From contig NZ_JAVWXA010000002.1 of the NCBI RefSeq assembly GCF_036662295.1, forward strand, positions 23,446 to 87,445: a stretch of DNA of 64,000 nt, read 5' to 3'. A program made the translations under genes and the position numbers. The notes under the pieces were generated by a model. That model worked only from the letters and a program-made list of their open reading frames with translations, searched no databases and had not been told where the DNA came from. Within the stretch, counting starts at the first letter, position 1; every line of letters begins with the position of its first letter. Below, piece by piece: positions 57,901 to 64,000 of this stretch. The DNA is from Stenotrophomonas sp. GTDB taxonomy: Bacteria; Pseudomonadota; Gammaproteobacteria; Xanthomonadales; Xanthomonadaceae.

Positions 57901-58972
57901 TGTAGCTGGCGGTCACCGGCGAGGCCAGGAACACATAGGCCGGCGACAGTTCTTCCGGCTGCGCCGGGCGCCCCATGTCGCTGTCCTTGCCGAACTCGGC
58001 CACGTCGTCGGCCGGCTTGTCGGCCGGGTTCAGCGGCGTCCACACCGGCCCCGGCGCCACCGCGTTGACCCGGATCCCGCGCGGCAGCAACTGGCTGGCC
58101 AGCGCCTTGGTGAAGGCGTGGATGGCGCCCTTGGTGGCCGAGTAGTCGATCAGCGCCTTGCTGCCGAACAGCCCGGTCTCCGAGCCGGTGTTGATGATGC
58201 AGTCGCCTTCCTGCAGGTGCGGCAGCACCGCGCGCGCCATCTGGATGTAACCGCCGATGTTGGTCTGCAGGGTCTCCTGCAGGTGCGCGTCCTCCAGGTC
58301 TTCCAGGCGCTCGCAATGCAGCTGGAAGGCGGCGTTGTTGACCAGGATGTCGATCCCGCCGAATGCCTTGGCCACCTGCTTCACCGCGCGGTTGCAGAAC
58401 CGGGGGTCGCGGACGTCGCCGGCGATCACCACGCAGCGGCCGCCTTCGGCCTCCACGTGCTGGCGGGTGAGCTGCGCATCGGCATCCTCGTCCAGGTGCA
58501 GCACGGCCACGTCGGCGCCTTCGCGGGCGAACAGCACGGCTACCGCGCGACCGATGCCCGAGTCGCCGCCGGTGATGATCGCGCGCTTGCCGGCCAGCTT
58601 GCCGCTGCCCATGTAGTCAGGGGCGAGGAAGCGCGGTGCCAGCTCCAGCGCATGCTCGTTGCCGGGCTTGGCCAGCTGCTGGGCGGGCATCTTCTCCGGC
58701 TGCCTGCGGCTGCCGGCCTGGGTGGCCTTTTTCGCGGTCTTGCCGGTGGCCTTCTTCGCCACGCGTGCGTCCTTGGCCTTTTCCTGGTCCTGCAGGCGGC
58801 GCTGGCGGGCGGCAACGCGCGCGGCGCGCGGGTCGCCGGCGGCCGCCTTGCGGGTGGCGGTCTTCACCACCGGGCTGCGTTCGGCTGCCGGCTTGGCCGG
58901 CTTGCGCGCCGCCTTGCGGGCGGTGGTGGCAGCGGAGGACGGGGGACGGGTCGAGGTCTTGCGGGTGGCCAT
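57857..58972 (-). CDS. SDR oxidoreductase (YghA/YhdF general-stress type) with Lys/Ala/Arg-rich N-terminus
   Basis: TGGDSGIGRA, NNAA, YSATK, VAPGPVWTPL. Confidence 0.92.
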   Translation of the reverse strand: MATRKTSTRPPSSAATTARKAARKPAKPAAERSPVVKTATRKAAAGDPRAARVAARQRRLQDQEKAKDARVAKKATGKTAKKATQAGSRRQPEKMPAQQLAKPGNEHALELAPRFLAPDYMGSGKLAGKRAIITGGDSGIGRAVAVLFAREGADVAVLHLDEDADAQLTRQHVEAEGGRCVVIAGDVRDPRFCNRAVKQVAKAFGGIDILVNNAAFQLHCERLEDLEDAHLQETLQTNIGGYIQMARAVLPHLQEGDCIINTGSETGLFGSKALIDYSATKGAIHAFTKALASQLLPRGIRVNAVAPGPVWTPLNPADKPADDVAEFGKDSDMGRPAQPEELSPAYVFLASPVTASYISGVILPVMGGPRG

Positions 58973-59171
58973 GGCGGCTCCTTTGCGACAGCGTTCGAGT
59001 GCCGGTGCAGTGTGCGCAATCGCGTGGCTAGAGCCGGTGAGCAGGATGTGCGCGTACCGTGCAAGGCGCAGCGCTGGCGTGCACCGGGCGCTGGCGCGGC
59101 GGCATCATTCATCCGCCGCATACGCGCCGCGCGGCAGGCTGCAGGCCGGAAACCCCGCTGGAGCCTCGCCC

Positions 59172-59513
59172 ATGTATCGCCCCCTCATCACCGCCGCCAC
59201 CCTGGCCCTGCTGACCGCATGCAGCACCACGCCGATGGCGCAGGTACAGCCCATCGATGGCGTCATTTCCGGCCAGTGCCACGTGGACAAGGTGCGCGGC
59301 GCCGTCGGGCTGGCCGCCTCGGCCGCCACCGTCGAACGCGCCCGCGTGGACAGCGACAGCCTGCAGGTCAACGTGGTGCGCGGCGAGCGCGAGGAGAGCG
59401 GCCCCACCGCCAGCGGCGCGGCCAACCCCACCCCGGGCGCGGAAACCGGCGGTGACCGCCTCACCATCGAAACCGGCGGCACCAACAACATCACCGCGCT
59501 CTACTGCGGCTGA
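59172..59513 (+). CDS. Divergent I78-like lipoprotein (copy 2)
   Basis: Lipobox LLTAC; first Cys (GQC), DRLTIE, terminal YCG. Confidence 0.65.
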   Translation: MYRPLITAATLALLTACSTTPMAQVQPIDGVISGQCHVDKVRGAVGLAASAATVERARVDSDSLQVNVVRGEREESGPTASGAANPTPGAETGGDRLTIETGGTNNITALYCG

Positions 59514-59521
59514 TCGCCCGC

Positions 59522-60589
59522 TCAGGCCGCGCGCGCGCGCTTGACCGTGCGCCGCGCGGCCTTGAGCACCTTCAGGGTGGCCAGTTCCCACTGCCGCTCG
59601 CCGCGCAGGCCGGCCAGCGCCTTGAGCGAGCCGGCGCGCCAGCCGTCGAACACGCACGGATCGATGTAGGACTTGCGGCACACCGACGGCGTATTGCCCA
59701 ACAGGGTCGCCACCTCGCACACCACCTGTTTCTGCAACGCCGCCAGCGCGCGTTCGCTGGCGGGTTCGGGCAGCTCGGTGATGGCAAACTGGCGGATGGC
59801 TTCCAGCGTCCCGCCCCAGGTGCGGAAGTCCTTGGCGCTGAAGTCCTCGCCCATCGCATCATGCAGGTAGTCGTTGACCATGCCCGAATCCACCGGCTGC
59901 ACCGCGCCGTCGTCATCGCGGTACTGGAACAACGCTTGCCCGGGCAGCTGCTGGCACCCGCGGATCAGCGTCACCAGGCGGCGATCGTCCACGTCCACCT
60001 CGTGCGCCTGCCCGGACTTGCCGCGGAAGCGCATCTGCGCCCGCCCGCCCTTGACCAGCGCCAGGTGCCGGTTGCGCAGCGTGGTCAGCCCGTAGGAGCG
60101 GTTGTCGCGGGCGTAGACCTCATTGCCCACGCGCACCAGGGTCTGCGCCAGCAGCGCCACCACGATGGCCAGCACCTTGTCGCGCGGGAAGCCGGGCAGC
60201 TTGAGGTCGCGGCGCACGCGCCGGCGCAGGGTGGGCAGCGCCGTGCCGAAGGCGATCACCCGGTCGAACTTGCCGTCGCCACGCACCCGCGCCCAGTCGG
60301 CGTGGTAGCGGTACTGCTTGCGCCCGCGCGCGTCCCGGCCGGTGGCCTGCAGGTGGCCGTTGTGCGAGGCGCAGATCCACACGTCGGTGTAGGCCGGCGG
60401 GATCGCCAGCGCGCGGATGCGGGCCAGGGTGGGCGCATCGCGCACCGCCGCGCCGTCGGCATCGCGGTAGCTGAAGCCCTTGCCGGCGCGCCGCCGCGCC
60501 AGGCCGGGCATCTCGTCAGTGACATAGCGCAGGCCGGCCTCGCGGGCAGCGGCGGCTTCGGGGGTGGCGGCAGGACGGCTGGGGCTCAT
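59522..60589 (-). CDS. DNA topoisomerase IB (bacterial, poxvirus-like)
   Basis: GRDARGRKQYRY, RVGNE, RGKSG, KDFRTW, CRKSYID (catalytic Tyr). Confidence 0.93.
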   Translation of the reverse strand: MSPSRPAATPEAAAAREAGLRYVTDEMPGLARRRAGKGFSYRDADGAAVRDAPTLARIRALAIPPAYTDVWICASHNGHLQATGRDARGRKQYRYHADWARVRGDGKFDRVIAFGTALPTLRRRVRRDLKLPGFPRDKVLAIVVALLAQTLVRVGNEVYARDNRSYGLTTLRNRHLALVKGGRAQMRFRGKSGQAHEVDVDDRRLVTLIRGCQQLPGQALFQYRDDDGAVQPVDSGMVNDYLHDAMGEDFSAKDFRTWGGTLEAIRQFAITELPEPASERALAALQKQVVCEVATLLGNTPSVCRKSYIDPCVFDGWRAGSLKALAGLRGERQWELATLKVLKAARRTVKRARAA

Positions 60590-60725
60590 CGGCGGCGGCA
60601 ACGGACAGGGCAGGCAGTGATACCCGGTAGCGGTGCGAGGCCGCGTCAATAACACAACACGAACACCTCACGCCGCGCTTGGCGATATCCTCCAAGGTTT
60701 CCCTGGTTCGATGTCTGGAGTCTCG

Positions 60726-61127
60726 ATGCCGTCCTTGTCGTTCCGCCGCCTGCGGCGTTCTGTTGGCCTTGCGGCCCTCCTTCCCACCCTGCTGGCGCTG
60801 GCCGCCTGCCAGGCCCCGCCGATGGACGAGCAGGAAGCGGTGGGCACCCATGCGCAGAAGGCCGCCGAAGCCGCGGCCGCCCCCACCGATGAAGCAGGCA
60901 AGGCGCTGGAAGCGCCGCCGGTGGGCACCTGCGACGCCACCCAGGTGCAGAGCCTGGTCGGCCAGGCGTATTCCGATGCGGTGGGCAACCAGGCCCAGCA
61001 GGATGCCAGCGCCCAGCAGCTGCGCGTGCTCAAGCCCACCGATGCCACCACGATGGAATTCGTCGGCGAACGGCTGAACATCGAAGTGGACGAAAAGGGC
61101 AACGTCAGCGGCCTCCGCTGCGGCTGA
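60726..61127 (+). CDS. I78-family peptidase inhibitor lipoprotein (copy 3)
   Basis: Lipobox LAAC; RVLKPTDATTMEFVGERLNIEVD...RCG; RBS GGAG. Confidence 0.85.
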   Translation: MPSLSFRRLRRSVGLAALLPTLLALAACQAPPMDEQEAVGTHAQKAAEAAAAPTDEAGKALEAPPVGTCDATQVQSLVGQAYSDAVGNQAQQDASAQQLRVLKPTDATTMEFVGERLNIEVDEKGNVSGLRCG

Positions 61128-61135
61128 ACAGGGCA

Positions 61136-61164
61136 GGCCTGGAAGTCACTTCCAGGCCGCTTTT
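61136..61164 (+). terminator. Intrinsic terminator
   Basis: GGCCTGGAAG-TCA-CTTCCAGGCC-GC-TTTT. Confidence 0.8.
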
Positions 61165-61230
61165 GAAGGGGTTTGGTTGCGCCTGCAACCGTGTATTGCG
61201 GCGTTGCAGCAACTGTGATCTAGTCGAGTC

Positions 61231-61304
61231 ATCCGGTGCCTCCAGATGCGCTCAACGGATTGAGCGGGGACGAGTGTCGCCGCTCACCCGACATTGAGGC
61301 AGAG
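61231..61304 (+). ncRNA. Candidate structured cis-regulatory leader of gltB
   Basis: Competing helices and an anti-SD (TGCCTC) complementary to the RBS (GAGGCA); transcription start not established. Confidence 0.35.
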
Positions 61305-64000
61305 ATGGCCCCCCGCAACCGCCAAGGGCTTTACGACCCGCACGATGAGCGCGACGCCTGTGGTTTTGGCATGGTCGCCCAGCTCGACGATCAACCGTCC
61401 CGCCTGCTGGTGGACACCGCCATTGCCGCGCTGTCGCGCATGACCCACCGCGGTGGCGTGGCCGCCGATGGCATCACCGGCGATGGCTGCGGCCTGCTGC
61501 TGCGCCGCCCGGACGTCTTCCTCAAGGCCCTCGCCGCCGAGGCCGGGCTCACCCTAGGCGCGCGCTTCGCCGCCGGCGTGGTGTTCCTGCCGCACGACGC
61601 CGCCGCCGCGCAGGCCTGCCGCCAGACGCTGGAAGCGCAACTGCGCCACGCCGGCTGTCGACCGGTCGGTTGGCGCGAGGTGCCGACCGACCCGAGCGTG
61701 TGCGGGCAACTGGCCCGCGACACCCTGCCGCGCATCGAACAGGTCTTCGTCGATGCCGGCACCGACCAGGACGAGGCGGCCTTCACCCTGGCCCTGTTCC
61801 TGGCCCGCCGCCGCAGCGAACAGCAGCTGCGCGACCACGCCGACTACTACGTCACCACGCTCAGCCCGAACGCCATCAGCTACAAGGGCATGGTGCTGCC
61901 GGACAAGCTCAGCCGCTTCTACGTGGACCTGCAGCGCAACGACCTGGCCTCCAGCGCGATCGTGTTCCACCAGCGCTTTTCCACCAACACCCTGCCGCGC
62001 TGGCCGCTGGCCCACCCGTTCCGCATGCTCGCCCACAACGGCGAGATCAACACCATCGAGGGCAACCGCCGCTGGGCGCAGGCGCGCAGCAAGGTGTGGA
62101 AGACGCCGCGCTTCGACATCGGCGAATTCGACCCGGTGATCGCCATGCACGGCTCGGATTCGCAGAGCCTGGACAACATGCTCGAGCTGATGGTCAGTGC
62201 CGGCATGGAGCTGATCCAGGCGCTGCGCATCCTGGTGCCGCCGGCCACCCAGTCGCTGGAGTTCAAGGACCCCGACCTGGCCGCGTTCTACGAGTTCTAC
62301 GGCCTCAACAGCGAGCCGTGGGACGGCCCGGCCGGCATCGTCGCCTGCGACGGCCGCTATGCGGCGTGCACGCTGGACCGCAACGGCCTGCGCCCGGCGC
62401 GCTGGATGCTCACCTCCGACCGCCACTTCCTGGTCGCGTCCGAAGCGGGTGTGTGGGAAGTGCCGGCCGAGCGCGTGGTGCGCAAGGGCAAGCTGGGGCC
62501 GGGCGAGATGATGGCCATCGACCTCAAGCGCGGCGACCTGCTCGATTCGGACGCCATCGACCGCATCAACCGTGGCCGCGCCCCGTACAAGCAGTGGCTG
62601 CAGCAGGGCGTGACCTACCTGCAGACCGAACTGATCGATCCCTCGCTGGTGGAGGAGCCGTTCGACGAGCGCACCCTGCGCAGCTATCACAAGCTGTTCC
62701 AGCTCAGCACCGAGGAAGTGGAGCAGATCCTGCGCCCGCTGGCCGAGACCGAGCAGGAAGCCACCGGTTCGATGGGCGATGACACGCCCATGGCCGTGCT
62801 CAGCCAGCACAGCCGCCCGCTGTATGACTACTTCCGCCAGGCGTTCGCGCAGGTCACCAACCCGCCGATCGATCCGCTGCGCGAAGACTGCGTCATGTCC
62901 CTCACCACCCAGCTCGGCAAGGAGACCAACATCTTCCATGCCGGCGCGGAGACGGTGAACCACGTCATCCTCAACTCGCCGGTGCTCAGCCAGCGCAAGC
63001 TGCGCCAGCTGATCAAGATGGAGCAGTACGTCGAGAAGAACCGCCTGATCGACCTCTCCTACAGCCTGGAGGAAGGCCTCAAGGCCGGCATCGAGCGCAT
63101 CTGCGCCGAGGCCGAAGCGGCCGCGCGCGCGGGCATCGTGATGCTGCTGCTGAGCGATCGCTACCCGGTGGCCGACCGCCCGATGGTGCATGCCCTGCTG
63201 GCCACCAGCGCGGTGCACCACCACCTGTCCAACGCCGGGCTGCGCTGCGACGTCAACCTGATCCTGGAAACCGGCACCGCGCGCGACCCGCACCACATGG
63301 CCTGCCTGCTCGGCTTCGGTGCCACCGCGGTGTACCCCTACCTGGCCTACCAGACCCTGTTCGACCTGGGCCGGCGTGGCATCCTGCAGCTCAGCAAGGG
63401 CGGCGAGCAGTCGCAGATCGGCCGCCGTTACCGCAAGGGCATTTACAAGGGCCTGTCCAAGATCATCTCCAAGATGGGCATCTGCACGGTGGCCAGCTAC
63501 CGTGGCGCGCAGTTGTTCGAGATCGTCGGCCTCGATGACGAGGTGGTCGGCCTGTGCTTCCCCGACACCGCCTCGCGCGTGGCCGGGGTGGGCTTTGCGC
63601 GCCTGGATGATGAAGCCCGCGAGCTCACCGTACGGGCCTGGAACGACCTGCTGCGCCCGGACGTGGGCGGCGTGCTCAAGTACGTGCACGGCGGCGAGTA
63701 CCACATGTACAACCCCGACGTGGTCATGACCCTGCAGCGAGCCGCGCGCAGTGGCGATGCGGCCGATTGGCAGCGCTACTGCGAGGCCGTGCACGGCCGC
63801 CCGGTGTCGGCGCTGCGCGACCTGCTGCAGCTCAAGGCCGCGCCCACGCCCACGCCGCTGGACCAAGTGGCCCCGGCCGAAGACCTGTTCCGCCGCTTCG
63901 ACACCGCCGCCATCAGCCTCGGCGCGCTCTCCCCGGAGGCGCACGAGGCCCTGGCCATCGCCATGAACAAGCTGGGCGGGCGCAGCAATTCCGGCGAAGG
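61305..64000 (+). CDS. gltB: Glutamate synthase large subunit, 5' part (runs off window edge)
   Basis: ERDACGFG (N-terminal nucleophile Cys), HQRFSTNT, AHNGEINT, EPWDGPA, YFRQAFAQVTNPPID; not in the ORF track because it has no stop in the window. Confidence 0.97.
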   Translation, partial: MAPRNRQGLYDPHDERDACGFGMVAQLDDQPSRLLVDTAIAALSRMTHRGGVAADGITGDGCGLLLRRPDVFLKALAAEAGLTLGARFAAGVVFLPHDAAAAQACRQTLEAQLRHAGCRPVGWREVPTDPSVCGQLARDTLPRIEQVFVDAGTDQDEAAFTLALFLARRRSEQQLRDHADYYVTTLSPNAISYKGMVLPDKLSRFYVDLQRNDLASSAIVFHQRFSTNTLPRWPLAHPFRMLAHNGEINTIEGNRRWAQARSKVWKTPRFDIGEFDPVIAMHGSDSQSLDNMLELMVSAGMELIQALRILVPPATQSLEFKDPDLAAFYEFYGLNSEPWDGPAGIVACDGRYAACTLDRNGLRPARWMLTSDRHFLVASEAGVWEVPAERVVRKGKLGPGEMMAIDLKRGDLLDSDAIDRINRGRAPYKQWLQQGVTYLQTELIDPSLVEEPFDERTLRSYHKLFQLSTEEVEQILRPLAETEQEATGSMGDDTPMAVLSQHSRPLYDYFRQAFAQVTNPPIDPLREDCVMSLTTQLGKETNIFHAGAETVNHVILNSPVLSQRKLRQLIKMEQYVEKNRLIDLSYSLEEGLKAGIERICAEAEAAARAGIVMLLLSDRYPVADRPMVHALLATSAVHHHLSNAGLRCDVNLILETGTARDPHHMACLLGFGATAVYPYLAYQTLFDLGRRGILQLSKGGEQSQIGRRYRKGIYKGLSKIISKMGICTVASYRGAQLFEIVGLDDEVVGLCFPDTASRVAGVGFARLDDEARELTVRAWNDLLRPDVGGVLKYVHGGEYHMYNPDVVMTLQRAARSGDAADWQRYCEAVHGRPVSALRDLLQLKAAPTPTPLDQVAPAEDLFRRFDTAAISLGALSPEAHEALAIAMNKLGGRSNSGE

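Noticed and set aside
59522-60589. TopIB as a tyrosine recombinase marking an island
   Set aside because: Motif order is that of topoisomerase IB; no att-like repeats or tRNA nearby
61554-63944. 796-aa minus-strand ORF
   Set aside because: Shadow of gltB, which is missing from the ORF track only because it has no stop in the window

Overview
GC-rich chromosomal segment of a Xanthomonadaceae bacterium, most likely Stenotrophomonas, judged from the GTAG-type REP palindromes and the gene order. Nitrogen assimilation genes sit at both ends: glnA-glnK-amtB and a partial ntrB on the left, a partial gltB on the right. Between them are cell-envelope and housekeeping genes (mltA, amidase, uppP, PlsC-like, ClsC-like PLD, fused IOR), a hipBA-type toxin-antitoxin pair, a mrfAB-like repair pair, TopIB and three I78 lipoproteins. 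I saw no rRNA, tRNA, CRISPR array, integrase or transposase. Best second-look items: (1) a 12.4 kb nine-gene operon coupling two Tat-signalled TldD paralogues (Asp in place of the usual Cys ligand) and a signal-less TldE to a DUF4159/MoxR/DUF58/BatA/membrane module; (2) a BlaI-type operator (TGACTACA-NN-TGTAGTCA) found both at a blaI/blaR1-like locus and over the promoter of a distant serine hydrolase 52 kb away; (3) an IgaA homologue lacking its periplasmic domain; (4) a structured gltB leader; (5) a signal-less PI-PLC with an extra N-terminal beta domain. All family assignments come from motif recognition by eye, with no database searches. Many starts were shortened relative to the supplied ORF track.
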